Sequence record: SRR22947725_1144 | Direction: 5' to 3' (one strand) | Length of the DNA: 64,000 nucleotides | Part shown: positions 47,748-58,078 of the stretch, piece after piece | Layout: each line of letters starts with the position of its first letter | Position numbering within the stretch: position 1 is the first letter of the stretch | The notes under the pieces: model-generated | Database searches by the model: none | Told to the model about the DNA's origin: nothing | The model's input: the letters and a program-made list of their open reading frames with translations, nothing else | Program-made: the position numbers and the translations under genes

Positions 47748-48608
47748 ATGGATACGAGATTTAGATCTGCAACATTGATATTGGCAATACACGGTTCTAC
47801 CGAGGACACTCGGCCTGAGGAGGCCGGAAACAGCCTTGCCGCTTCTATTCGCAGCAAGGGCGTCTTTGGTGAGGTTAAAGCTGCTTATCACAAACACAGA
47901 CCGTTACTTCTGGATTCATTGACTCAAGCAAATGGAAAGCTGGTCATCATCGTCCCCATGCTGATGAGCAAAGGGTATTTCACTGAAAAAGTTTTTCCCG
48001 ACGCCTTCCAACTGCAGGCAACACCCGATGTGGCCTTTCCTTGGGTTTCTATATTTGAAGACAAAAAAGTTATTTATGCAGGACCTATAGGACTTCATCC
48101 AGGTATGGAAAGCCTGGTGCTCGAATCCGCAGATCGAGTACTGAAAGAGCATCCATTCCCCATCAAAATCCCTTTATCCAATGCATCCATTGCACTGATC
48201 GGACACGGAACCTCGCGTCATGCTAAATCACGCGAATCAGTGGATAAATTAGCTGGAAAGTTGGCTATGGACTCAAAAAAATGCCAAGGGGTTCGCACTT
48301 TTTTTATCGAAGAGGAACCCGCCATTGAAGCGATCTATGAATGGAACACTCCCAACGAAAACGTCGTCGTTGTGCCTTTCATGCTCGCGGATGGACCGCA
48401 TGCAGCGCAGGATATTCCTGTTGCGCTCGGACAAACGGAAAAAGAATTGAAACGTAGTCTCAAGCAAGGAACCTCGACTTGGCGTAACCCAACAGAACGT
48501 CACGGAAAACGCATCTGGATCAGCACCCCTGTAGGTTTATCTCCGCTTTTGCCCGATCTGATATTGGAATACGTTTCCAATGAAATCTCAGGGATTTTGA
48601 TGGATTGA
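47748..48608 (+). CDS. CbiX/SirB family tetrapyrrole chelatase
   Basis: Two domains with HGS and HGT motifs, VVP...S.GYF, F..EEP and VVVPF...DG.H...DIP. Confidence 0.82.
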   Translation: MDTRFRSATLILAIHGSTEDTRPEEAGNSLAASIRSKGVFGEVKAAYHKHRPLLLDSLTQANGKLVIIVPMLMSKGYFTEKVFPDAFQLQATPDVAFPWVSIFEDKKVIYAGPIGLHPGMESLVLESADRVLKEHPFPIKIPLSNASIALIGHGTSRHAKSRESVDKLAGKLAMDSKKCQGVRTFFIEEEPAIEAIYEWNTPNENVVVVPFMLADGPHAAQDIPVALGQTEKELKRSLKQGTSTWRNPTERHGKRIWISTPVGLSPLLPDLILEYVSNEISGILMD

Positions 48609-48691
48609 TTCGTTCTTTGAATCCATATAGTCTTTGGGGTGCGTGGGGGATTTCTTTGACGAATACTGCAAATCACCCTGCCAGCAGGACG

Positions 48692-49588
48692 ATGGAGTGG
48701 AACAAAGTTAGTTTATTGGGATTAGGCCTTTTGGGAGGCTCTCTTGGAAAATCACTGATCGCCGGCAACCATGCAAAAAGGGTCGCCGGTTTTGTGCGTC
48801 GTAATGAACGAATTCATGAAGCCCTCCATGCCGGAGTGGCCCACGAGGCTTCCATGAACCTGGAAGAAGTGGTGAGGGACGCAGATCTGGTGGTGCTCTG
48901 CACTCCGGTGTTGAAAATGCTGCCTGTCACCGAGGCAATGCAAAGCTACTTGAAGCCCGGGGCACTTGTCACGGACGTCGGGAGTGTCAAAGGCCCTCTA
49001 GTTCAATTACTTGAACCTTTAATCGCAAAGGCAAACGCCACTTATATAGGCTCACACCCTATGGCGGGCAGTGAGCAGCAGGGGCTTGCGCACGCCAGAT
49101 CCGATCTTTTCCAGGGTGCTACCTGCGTGGTTACTCCAACACAAAATTCACCCGAGAAGGCCATCGAAAAAATTCAACATCTGTGGAAACAAGTAGAAGG
49201 TATCCCCGAACTCATGGACGCGAAGGAGCATGACATCAGGGTAGCACGCTGCAGTCATTTACCCCACGTGACTGCAACCATGTTAGCGGACTGGATACTG
49301 GCCCCGGAACACGGCGATCAGCAGGCCAAGCTCTGCAGCACTGGGTTCAAAGACACCACGCGTGTCGCATCCGGTTCACCCGAGATGTGGTGCGACATTC
49401 TGGCATCCAATAAGATCGCACTTTTAAATTCATTGGATTCTTTCGAGGAACAGTGCCAGAAAGTCAGGAAATGGATCCATGAAGAGGACGATACTGCACT
49501 CTATCACTGGCTGAAAGAGGGTAAATCCAAACGCGATTCCTGGCTGAAAACTTTCAATAAACGCAGACTCGACCAGGATGTGAAATAA
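48692..49588 (+). CDS. tyrA: Prephenate/arogenate dehydrogenase
   Basis: Motifs GLGLLGGS, TDVGSVK, GSHPMAGSE, HD...A..SHLPH and GFKDTTRVASG.P.MW. Start MEWNK at 48692. Confidence 0.92.
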   Translation: MEWNKVSLLGLGLLGGSLGKSLIAGNHAKRVAGFVRRNERIHEALHAGVAHEASMNLEEVVRDADLVVLCTPVLKMLPVTEAMQSYLKPGALVTDVGSVKGPLVQLLEPLIAKANATYIGSHPMAGSEQQGLAHARSDLFQGATCVVTPTQNSPEKAIEKIQHLWKQVEGIPELMDAKEHDIRVARCSHLPHVTATMLADWILAPEHGDQQAKLCSTGFKDTTRVASGSPEMWCDILASNKIALLNSLDSFEEQCQKVRKWIHEEDDTALYHWLKEGKSKRDSWLKTFNKRRLDQDVK

Positions 49589-49629
49589 CAGGTTATTCAG
49601 ACCACTTCCACCCATTCTTCATTACTGTT

Positions 49630-50919
49630 ATGCCACTACCTGAAGCCATCCTCCTTCACCCAATACAAACACCTGTGAAAGTCAGGTTAGGCGTACCTGG
49701 ATCAAAAAGCATCACGAACCGCGCCTTGATTCTCGCCGCCCTCAGTCATGGAACAAGGACCCTTGAAGGCGCTTTGTGGAGCGAGGACACGCAGGTCATG
49801 GTCAATTGCCTTCGTAAAATTGGATTCGATATCAGCATTTTAGAGGATTCGAGTGACGAAGCCAACCGCCGAATCCAAGTTCACGGTTCAGGGGGTCGTT
49901 TACCATCTCAAGCATGTTTGAACACACCACTGGACTTACATGTGGGAAATGCTGGAACAGCCGCCCGTTTTCTTCTGGCAATGACTTGTCTGGGCCATGG
50001 TCAATACCGGTTGTCCGGTGTGGACAGAATGCATGAACGTCCACAGAAGGAACTGATCATGGCACTGAGAGAACTTGGATATCAGATTGTTTCCGAAAAC
50101 GGAAATCTACCAGCCGTCGTTCATGGTCAGGGTCCCAGGCCTGGTAGCTCATGCACGGTTTCCATACGGGAAAGCTCTCAGTTTGCCTCTGCCCTGTTAT
50201 TATCCGCCAAAGCAGGCGGGTGGGACATCAACACTCCGTTGGAACAATCAGAACACGCACCTTACGTGGAAATGACTCGATCCATGATTGAGGCATTTCC
50301 ACAAAATGAAGGTACTGCCTGTCAAATCGAACCGGACGCATCGGGCGGAAGCTATTTTTGGGCGATCAAACATTTGATGAGCAAGTACGGAAGCAATCCC
50401 TCTGAAAATATTCAAATCACTCATTGGCCTCAAACCGATTGGCAGATTGATACAGAATTCCCCAAGTTCCTGCCATTGCCGCCACAGATTTCGCGTGAGC
50501 AAGACCTAGGTGACAGCATCATGACATCTATTGTGATGGCTCCATGGTCGTCTCATTCAACCACTTTTTCTGAGTTGGGACGCCTGCGTGTTCAGGAATG
50601 TGAACGTGTTAAAGCACTGAAAACAGAACTTACCAAGTGCGGCGCTCAAGTAGAAGAGCATGGGGACACACTCAAGATTCACCCAGGTCGACTGCACGGG
50701 GCCAGTATTGATACTTATAATGACCATCGTATGGCGATGTGCTTTGCAGTTGTCGGGACTCAAATACCCGGCATCGTCATTAAAAACCCTGCTTGTGTGA
50801 AAAAAACTTTTCCAAATTTCTTTCAAAAGTTAGCTTCTCCAGCCCCGGAAGGGCTGAGCATGAAGATTTGTAACGCTTCAACCGGGGAGTTACTGAGTCC
50901 GAACGATTTGATTGCCTGA
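49630..50919 (+). CDS. aroA: 3-phosphoshikimate 1-carboxyvinyltransferase (EPSP synthase)
   Basis: Motifs PGSKSITNRAL, GNAGTAARF, RM.ERP, SSQF.S, LR.QE.ER, DHRMAM and CV.KTFP.F. Confidence 0.95.
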   Translation: MPLPEAILLHPIQTPVKVRLGVPGSKSITNRALILAALSHGTRTLEGALWSEDTQVMVNCLRKIGFDISILEDSSDEANRRIQVHGSGGRLPSQACLNTPLDLHVGNAGTAARFLLAMTCLGHGQYRLSGVDRMHERPQKELIMALRELGYQIVSENGNLPAVVHGQGPRPGSSCTVSIRESSQFASALLLSAKAGGWDINTPLEQSEHAPYVEMTRSMIEAFPQNEGTACQIEPDASGGSYFWAIKHLMSKYGSNPSENIQITHWPQTDWQIDTEFPKFLPLPPQISREQDLGDSIMTSIVMAPWSSHSTTFSELGRLRVQECERVKALKTELTKCGAQVEEHGDTLKIHPGRLHGASIDTYNDHRMAMCFAVVGTQIPGIVIKNPACVKKTFPNFFQKLASPAPEGLSMKICNASTGELLSPNDLIA

Positions 50920-50927
50920 AAGAACCC

Positions 50928-51608
50928 ATGAAGAAAACATCCCCCAATGTGATTGCCATCGATGGCACAAGCGCAAGCGGCAAGAGCACCAATGCAAAAC
51001 TTGTCGCCAGTAAATTGGGTTTTACTTATGTGGATACCGGCGCCATGTTCCGCACCTTGGCTTGGTATTGCCTTAAATCTCGCGTCGACATCCACGATCC
51101 GAAAGCCGTGGCTCAACTCTGTAAAAAGTGGAAAACCAAATTGATGTGTATTGAGGGCAAGGTCAGATTGCTGGTAGATGGATATTTTCCAGAGTCAGAG
51201 ATTCGGACTGCGGAAACGAGCGCAGCCGTCCCTCATGTCGCCGCAGTACCGAAAGTAAGAGAATGGATGAAGCTCAAACAGCGCGATTGTATCGATTTTG
51301 GTTCTCTCGTGATGGAGGGACGTGATATCGGTACTCAAATTTTCCCTGAAACCGAACATAAGTTTTATCTGGATGCCAATCTGGCAGAACGTTCCAAACG
51401 ACGTGAAGCCGAAGGTGTGCAAGAAGATCTTGCCAAACGTGATCAAAGAGACAGCCAGCGATCCACCGCTCCTCTAATGGTCCCTCTGGGAGCGCTGGTG
51501 GTGAATACATCCGGCTTGTCACCTGAAGAATCCAGCCGGCTGATCATTGATGCCATCACTGAAAAAGCTCCTGAGATTAAAGAAGCTTGCAAAAACCAGG
51601 CGCGATAA
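50928..51608 (+). CDS. cmk: Cytidylate kinase
   Basis: Motifs IAIDG.SASGKST, DTGAM.R, VMEGRDIGT and RD.RD..R..APL. Confidence 0.95.
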   Translation: MKKTSPNVIAIDGTSASGKSTNAKLVASKLGFTYVDTGAMFRTLAWYCLKSRVDIHDPKAVAQLCKKWKTKLMCIEGKVRLLVDGYFPESEIRTAETSAAVPHVAAVPKVREWMKLKQRDCIDFGSLVMEGRDIGTQIFPETEHKFYLDANLAERSKRREAEGVQEDLAKRDQRDSQRSTAPLMVPLGALVVNTSGLSPEESSRLIIDAITEKAPEIKEACKNQAR

Positions 51609-51654
51609 TGAAGTTCGCGATCAAGCATTAAGCAACGATTAAGATGGATAGAAA

Positions 51655-52311
51655 ATGCGATTCGGTTATTTTTTATTTTGGTGTGCTTTTCGAGCAATGT
51701 TCAAGGTCCTCTTCGATTGCCGGATATATCACGCAGACCGTGTTCCACTGAATGGGCCGGTTCTGCTTGCAGCCAACCATGCCAGTTTCATGGACCCTCC
51801 CTTGATTGGCTCCTGTCTAAATCGCGAAACACATTACCTGGCACGCAACACTTTATTTCGTTTCCCAATATTCAAAAACATACTGGATTACATTAATGTC
51901 ATTCCCGTTGATCGCAATGGAAGAAGCCCAAAAGGACTCAGGGCAGTAACAAATAGCCTGAAAAAAAACCATTCTGTGATCCTGTTTCCAGAAGGAACCC
52001 GAAGCCATGACGGCAAATTGCAGCGAGCAAAATCGGGTGTCGGATTATTGGCCATAAAATCCGAGGCTCCTGTCGTGCCAATCCGCGTATTTGGAACTTT
52101 CGAGTCTTATGGGCGCCACCTCAAGTGGCCAAGACCAAAGCGTTTGCACGTCAAAATGGGAAATCCTATGTGGCTAAATGATTTACGCACCGAAGCAAGA
52201 ACCGCAGATAAAGAACGAACGAAGCAAATTTACCAGGAAGCAGCGGATCAAATCATGACTGCTATCGATAAGTTGACACCTAACGCAGATTGCAAAACTT
52301 TCGGAAATTAA
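51655..52311 (+). CDS. plsC: 1-acyl-sn-glycerol-3-phosphate acyltransferase
   Basis: NHASFMD (HX4D) and FPEGTRS motifs; follows cmk. Confidence 0.9.
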   Translation: MRFGYFLFWCAFRAMFKVLFDCRIYHADRVPLNGPVLLAANHASFMDPPLIGSCLNRETHYLARNTLFRFPIFKNILDYINVIPVDRNGRSPKGLRAVTNSLKKNHSVILFPEGTRSHDGKLQRAKSGVGLLAIKSEAPVVPIRVFGTFESYGRHLKWPRPKRLHVKMGNPMWLNDLRTEARTADKERTKQIYQEAADQIMTAIDKLTPNADCKTFGN

Positions 52312-52368
52312 TGCAGCGTGGGTTGTCGCTTGCTTCCATTTCTTCTCACAGGCAGGATTCATAAAATA

Positions 52369-53181
52369 ATGTCCGACAAAAATAAAAAATTCATTCATCT
52401 GACATCACATGCACACGAGCTATCCTGGAAAACGGAGGTCATCGGTGAGGCAGATACATGGATTTGCCTGAACAAGCAAACACACCTCGGAACGGAACAT
52501 GACCACCATCATCAAGATCGTCCGCACATGCAGGCAATTGTTGAGCAGGACATCAAGCGGCAGGCTGGATGGATGCGTGAGCGTGGTATCGACTATTTGA
52601 AACCAGCAAACATTCTGGACTTTGAAACGACAGGAGCCAGCTTGTGGGGCAAAAATGAATCTGGCGCACTAGCTTTGAAAGATTGTATCCATTCCGAAAA
52701 GCCTAATCGTTTCTTCCATGCCCTTGTTCACGGCAGCCCTGAAGAGGAACAATTCGAAGTCGACCTCAGGCTGACGCCACATCGTTTTCAACCCTGGATC
52801 ATGAAGGCGAGCAAAGAAGGTAAAAAAACCGTCACTCAGTTTGAAGTTCTGGAGAAATTCCAGGGCTACACTCTATTAAAATGTATTCCCGTCACAGAGC
52901 GCTACCACCAGGTCCGGGCGCACCTGGGATGCAGACAGCTTCCAGTTGTAGGAGATGCAATTTACGGCGGAGGTTTGTTGATGCTGTCGGAAATGAAACG
53001 TAATTACCGCCAAAAGAAAGATCGCCCCGAACGCCCACTGCTGGACCGGGCCGCCATCCATTTGGCAGAAGTACATTTCCCTGACCCCATTTCAGGTGAA
53101 GATCGGAAAGTCCAGGCCCCCATGCAGCATGATTGGGAAGTCGCTTTCAAATACCTTCGAAAATACGCCACTGGCAATTGA
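52369..53181 (+). CDS. RluA-family pseudouridine synthase-like protein with a degenerate catalytic motif
   Basis: Motifs LD.ETTG, GK...T.F.VLE, T.R.HQVR.HL, PVVGD..YG and LH-like IH. The canonical HRLD reads NILD. Confidence 0.8.
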   Translation: MSDKNKKFIHLTSHAHELSWKTEVIGEADTWICLNKQTHLGTEHDHHHQDRPHMQAIVEQDIKRQAGWMRERGIDYLKPANILDFETTGASLWGKNESGALALKDCIHSEKPNRFFHALVHGSPEEEQFEVDLRLTPHRFQPWIMKASKEGKKTVTQFEVLEKFQGYTLLKCIPVTERYHQVRAHLGCRQLPVVGDAIYGGGLLMLSEMKRNYRQKKDRPERPLLDRAAIHLAEVHFPDPISGEDRKVQAPMQHDWEVAFKYLRKYATGN

Positions 53182-53194
53182 CCCAACACACTTC

Positions 53195-54463
53195 TTAGAG
53201 TCGAAAAAATGCTTTGGCATTATGCGAAAGTATTTTCTGTCCAAGCTGAAGTGCTTGCTCCGCTCGCAGGTAACCGTTGGAAACTTTTTCATCCAGAACT
53301 TCGATCAACAAACTTCTGAAGCTTTGCATGGATCCAACCGTTTCTTCAACGTGCCAATTGTCACCGCCTAACATTATCCTTCCCTCGTCCGGCAATATCT
53401 CAATAGCTTCGTGCAACGCGAGTTTAAAATGTGAGGGGCTCAGCAGCCAGGACCAGGTAAGATCAATCCAGATATTTCGATAAACAAAGGCCATGCCAAG
53501 CAGATCGCGGCTCCAGGGATATGCCAGGTGCATCAGCAGGAATCGTGTACCAGGATGGCGTTCAATCAAACCCGCCACATGCATGGGATGTGAACTTCGT
53601 ATGAGAGCCGTTCCTAGATGCATCTGCATGGGAATGTCCATTTCTGCCCCAAGGTGACAAATAAAATCCACCACATAATCTCCAAAAGCTTGTTTTTCCT
53701 CTTCACTTGGATGACTTTTTCCCCAGGCACGCTTGGCTAGTAATTTATTTGGCACCTGAAATTCAATATTGCGATCATAAGCTAGCGCATTCTTGAAGGC
53801 TACCTGCCCGCGTGATTTCATTTTCCCAGCCAATCCACGAATGGCTTCCAGATAATCATCGAAAGATTCAGGGTGAAAACCGGCTTTACTCAAGATAGCA
53901 GCTGCCGAGTTCCCATTATGATCCTTAGATTTCGAATGCCACCCCAAAGCAAAAGCATTTATCCTGACCACAGATTGATACTGCGATCCCAGAGATTCCC
54001 GGGCATTCAGCATTGGGTTCGTATAATCATCCGTGATCACTTGGATCAAATTGGACTGGAAGAGAGATTTTGATTGAAAACCAATTTCAATGCGGCTTGC
54101 GATAACACGTGCATTCACTGATTCCCAATTGCCTTCATCGATCCAGATCCAATCGGAATTTCCATGAAGTGCAAGGATCCCTTGGGTCAGATTCCGAACA
54201 AAATTGTTGGAACCCCGCTCCACCAGATAGGGCCTAAGCTCATCCCAACCGAAAAGTTTCAATGTGGGGCTCAATGAAGATTCCTCCTGATGTTCGCCTG
54301 GCAATGGATAGGGTCTTTTCACCGTCCATCCCGCGTAGCTTTGTTGAAATAATGCTAAAAGATTTGTCTTGGATGACAAATATATTTCAGGGATGTGATG
54401 TTCATGTACATCCAATATAGGTGCGTTTCGCAACGATTCATGCCATGACTCCTTGGGATGCAT
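53195..54463 (-). CDS. Amidohydrolase-superfamily protein (uronate-isomerase-like TIM barrel)
   Basis: Metal-binding motifs D.HEHH, K..LAY.R, Q.H.G, LMH..YP and GGD. Confidence 0.8.
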   Translation of the reverse strand: MHPKESWHESLRNAPILDVHEHHIPEIYLSSKTNLLALFQQSYAGWTVKRPYPLPGEHQEESSLSPTLKLFGWDELRPYLVERGSNNFVRNLTQGILALHGNSDWIWIDEGNWESVNARVIASRIEIGFQSKSLFQSNLIQVITDDYTNPMLNARESLGSQYQSVVRINAFALGWHSKSKDHNGNSAAAILSKAGFHPESFDDYLEAIRGLAGKMKSRGQVAFKNALAYDRNIEFQVPNKLLAKRAWGKSHPSEEEKQAFGDYVVDFICHLGAEMDIPMQMHLGTALIRSSHPMHVAGLIERHPGTRFLLMHLAYPWSRDLLGMAFVYRNIWIDLTWSWLLSPSHFKLALHEAIEILPDEGRIMLGGDNWHVEETVGSMQSFRSLLIEVLDEKVSNGYLRAEQALQLGQKILSHNAKAFFRL

Positions 54464-54523
54464 TATCGAGTGTAAAAATAAACCTTACCACCGCTAGTTT
54501 AACCGCAAACAGCTTTGTATGAT

Positions 54524-55777
54524 TCAGTTTTTGAATTTGAAGATCTGTGAAACAGTTCTCACATACATGGAATCCTCATCAAACGCAGGTGTTGAATGGG
54601 TTTTTGTATCGAGATCAATGCGATTCAGTATCTCAAATTTATCACTTGCTGCAGTCACTACAATTTCGCCCGTGGTTGATACGCAGGCGATTTCACTTCC
54701 ATTGGATACAGGGGACCCAAAATACCTTCCACGAACGCGCTCCTGATAATGGATCTTACCACTTTCCGGGTTGGCACATGTCAGGATACCTCCATCACTC
54801 CAGAAAAAAGCCAGACCATCGACTGCGATAGGCGTAGGAACATAATTCGCGGAACGCTTGATTGTATAGGCAAGTTTAGGTTTTGCCTGTGGGCCTGCAG
54901 GAGGATCGATCGCAACAACGAAATTACCACCACCACCACTACCACAGGAACCAAAAATCCGGCCTCCGGCAACAATTGGAGAGCTGCAACTGCGCTTATC
55001 AAAGGCATCGGCATAAGACCAAAGAACTTTTCCATTATCTGGATCAAGACCGCTAACACCATCGGCTGCGCTATTAAAAATTAATTGATCTTTCCCATCA
55101 GGTCTGCGGTAGACACAAGGTGTCGAATAGGCAGCTTTATCACTTCGTCTTTTTGTTTTCCAGATGGTACTCCCACTTGTTTTATCCAAAGCAACGATGA
55201 AACTCTGCCCCAGCTGATCATTTGCGATGATTAATTTATCTTGATATAGAACAGGAGAAACACCCACACCGTGTTGGCTTCTGAAGGGCCCCAGGTCCTT
55301 CTTCCACAACCATTCTCCAGCATGATCCAATGCAGCAACAAAGTAATGCTTGGGTGTGGCCCAGGATAGATAAACCCGATCTTTATCAACCGTAGCTGAA
55401 GGCGAGGCAAAGCTGTTGAAGTCATGCTTTGAAAACGTCTGATAGGCCATTTCACGATTCCAGCTGATATTGCCAGTTTCTCGATGAATAGAGAGCACAT
55501 GAAAATTGGATGAATCTTCATTCATGCAAGTCAGATATAGAAAGCCCCCCCAAATCACTGGCGAAGAATGCCCTTTACCGGGAAGATCTAATTTCCATGC
55601 GATATCGCCTTTTTTAAGGTCTCTTAGCTTGATAGTTGAATCTGCGATACCTGTTCCATTGGAGCCACGAAAACGATTCCAATATTCTGCCGCAGAAGAA
55701 AAAAGAGGTGTCAGTATATAGAGAAAAATGCACACCCAATGAAGGAGGTAAGTCTTACGTGTTTGCATTGGCTTCAT
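54524..55777 (-). CDS. Secreted PQQ-binding-like (BamB-like) beta-propeller protein, PVC family
   Basis: W..FRG..G.G, W...LPG.G.SSP, and repeated A.D..tG...W blades; signal peptide present. Confidence 0.85.
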   Translation of the reverse strand: MKPMQTRKTYLLHWVCIFLYILTPLFSSAAEYWNRFRGSNGTGIADSTIKLRDLKKGDIAWKLDLPGKGHSSPVIWGGFLYLTCMNEDSSNFHVLSIHRETGNISWNREMAYQTFSKHDFNSFASPSATVDKDRVYLSWATPKHYFVAALDHAGEWLWKKDLGPFRSQHGVGVSPVLYQDKLIIANDQLGQSFIVALDKTSGSTIWKTKRRSDKAAYSTPCVYRRPDGKDQLIFNSAADGVSGLDPDNGKVLWSYADAFDKRSCSSPIVAGGRIFGSCGSGGGGNFVVAIDPPAGPQAKPKLAYTIKRSANYVPTPIAVDGLAFFWSDGGILTCANPESGKIHYQERVRGRYFGSPVSNGSEIACVSTTGEIVVTAASDKFEILNRIDLDTKTHSTPAFDEDSMYVRTVSQIFKFKN

Positions 55778-56210
55778 GGTGGATAATAGTCGCTACCTTG
55801 AGCTGAGAATCAAGGTAAAACCGATCTATTAGCCCCACTTGAGCAATCCTGCCTATACCCAGTTTGGACAATTGGCAACGCAGATATCAACCATTCAGAA
55901 TTTCAATAAAGAAAGCGTCAGAGACCAAACCTGGATCCGGGTTTGCCGATAACCCTTGGTTTTCTGTCGATGCCATGAGCTTCATATCATCTTGAGGAAT
56001 CTCTCACCAAGAACTTCTCACTGGTAATTGAGATGAGAAGTTTTGGGGGATCAATCCCCCACATTGAAAAGATCACGTCATGGAATGCCGCTGCAATTAA
56101 TGGTGTATTCAAATTGAAGTTTAAACGCGTTGGAGAATTTTTACGGCAGATCATAAACAGCGCTGAAACTACACTCCCGAAGGCACTCGTTGTAATCGGG
56201 AGAAAGTCAA

Positions 56211-57104
56211 CTAGGATGGTTTTTCCGCTGAAGGTGATTCAACATCGTTGAGCTGAGCCCCCACTTGTTCACCGGCTATCATGGCATCACGGATTTGACC
56301 TGCCAGATCATTCATATGCCCGGGTGAATGAGGAATCATGATGGTATTCGTTCTAGATTGGTTCCCCAAATCCTTCAGGGTATCGAAATACTGGGTCATC
56401 AACACCATGTTCATGACATCAGCAGCACTGGCTGAACGGATGGTCTTTTGAAATTCGTCCACGGATTCCCTCAACCCTTCAACAATCGCCCGCCTCTGAT
56501 CCGCAATGCCTTTACCCGAGAGGGCTTTGCTTTCGGCTTCAGCTTCGGCTGCTTTGACACTCAAAATCTTGTCTGCCTCGCCTTTTTCAGTCGCTGCGAC
56601 TCTGAGGCGTGTGGCCGCGTTGATTTCGTTCATGGCTGCCTTGACCTTGGCATCAGGATCAATGTCAGTCACAAGTGCTTTCAAGATACCATACCCAAAA
56701 TCATCCATCACCTGCTGAAGTTCGTTTTTCACGACATCGGCAATTTCATCTTTCTTCTCAAAAACATCGTCCAAACGAATCCGAGGCACTCGTGCACGTA
56801 CCACATCAAAGACAAACGATTTGATCTGCCGTTCGGGATTTTCAAGTCTGTAAAAGGCCTCGTAAATTTTTTCTGGAAGCACGTAAAATTGCACAGAAAC
56901 AAGCACTTTTACAAAAACATTATCAGCAGTCTTGGTCTCAACCTCGACGTCTAATTGGCGCACCCGCAGGTTGACATATCCTGCAACTCGCTCAAGGAAA
57001 GGGATCAGGAAATTTAGACCAGGGTCGGCAATGCGCGTGAATTTACCAAATCGAGTGACGACGCCCGCTGTTTGCTGTTTGACAGTAAAAAATGGAATAA
57101 ACAT
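56211..57104 (-). CDS. SPFH/band 7 domain protein (HIR-like subfamily)
   Basis: Motifs RFGKF....PGL, ETKT.DNVFV, LVTDIDPD..VK.AMNEIN, G.GIA.QR.AI..GL and TQYFDTL. Confidence 0.92.
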   Translation of the reverse strand: MFIPFFTVKQQTAGVVTRFGKFTRIADPGLNFLIPFLERVAGYVNLRVRQLDVEVETKTADNVFVKVLVSVQFYVLPEKIYEAFYRLENPERQIKSFVFDVVRARVPRIRLDDVFEKKDEIADVVKNELQQVMDDFGYGILKALVTDIDPDAKVKAAMNEINAATRLRVAATEKGEADKILSVKAAEAEAESKALSGKGIADQRRAIVEGLRESVDEFQKTIRSASAADVMNMVLMTQYFDTLKDLGNQSRTNTIMIPHSPGHMNDLAGQIRDAMIAGEQVGAQLNDVESPSAEKPS

Positions 57105-57280
57105 AAGTACACGTTCCTTTTGAAGTTATATGACAAGTTTGGGTCATTTAACAGTTACAGCAATTATAATAAGGAGACTAGATTGTAATCCAATATTATA
57201 AAGATCGTGATGGATAAGGTGATGGAAGGATAGCCATGGAACCCAATGCCCTTCCTACAGAAGTGAGGGATAATTTCAGA

Positions 57281-58054
57281 TTAGGGGGCAGTCTTGATTG
57301 ACTTGTTATCAAATTCTAGAACTGACATGGATTTATCACGAAGATTTCGGATTCTCAAACCTTTCAGATACCAGAGGCCCTCAATTTTTTCCACTCCGGC
57401 GACCTCAAACACTTTCATTTTGCGATCGTTGATATCGAATGCTTCAGCATAGACGATGCCTCCATTTTCAATTGAAATCCAAGATCGAACCTTATAATAG
57501 CCGCTTAAAGATCGCGTGGGTCGCGAGCTTTCGAGCAGCTTGCAGGCAACTCCCTTGCGTCGTTTGATTTTGGACTGGAAAATACGTTGATCTGGCCAGT
57601 GGAGAAAATCCAATCCCAAGTCAACGATCCAAAAGTCGCTCTCGCCTATGGATACCATTGCCTGCTCGGAGTTAAGGTTCCGGAAGTCGTCAGGGGCTGT
57701 GGGTAATTGCCGTGAAACCGCTAGTTTGTAACTGGGAGAAGCACCCGCAGAATGATTGATCCAGAGCCATTCACTCTCAGCGTTGGAATCTTTGCTGATC
57801 TGAAACAAATCTCTCCAACCATTTTCGAATTGTTCTGTGTGCTTTTGAACGTAATGCTCGATTCGAGTTCCATCACGTTTTCTTATTTTGAACGTTGCAG
57901 TAATCGGTCCGGGAATACCTAGTTGAACCAATCGCAGTTCCTTTGCTAAAGCCTGTCCTTCACGAATGGGATCAGCACACAAAGAGGTAAGACAAGCAAG
58001 GAAACCAGCAAAAAAAAGACCTAAACGAACAAGACTCCACTTTTTCATTTGCAA
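57281..58054 (-). CDS. Outer-membrane lipoprotein-sorting (LolA-like) periplasmic protein
   Basis: Signal peptide; SDF...DL; Y..V..WI; AE.FD.....K.F....V.KI.G.W pattern. Confidence 0.6.
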   Translation of the reverse strand: MQMKKWSLVRLGLFFAGFLACLTSLCADPIREGQALAKELRLVQLGIPGPITATFKIRKRDGTRIEHYVQKHTEQFENGWRDLFQISKDSNAESEWLWINHSAGASPSYKLAVSRQLPTAPDDFRNLNSEQAMVSIGESDFWIVDLGLDFLHWPDQRIFQSKIKRRKGVACKLLESSRPTRSLSGYYKVRSWISIENGGIVYAEAFDINDRKMKVFEVAGVEKIEGLWYLKGLRIRNLRDKSMSVLEFDNKSIKTAP

Positions 58055-58078
58055 CCTTTTTTGAAGTAAGACAGAGAT

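Noticed and set aside
55900-55965. c-di-GMP-I riboswitch (GGCAAACC...GACGC on the minus strand)
   Set aside because: No GNRA tetraloop, no GCAAAG linker and no P2 receptor stem.
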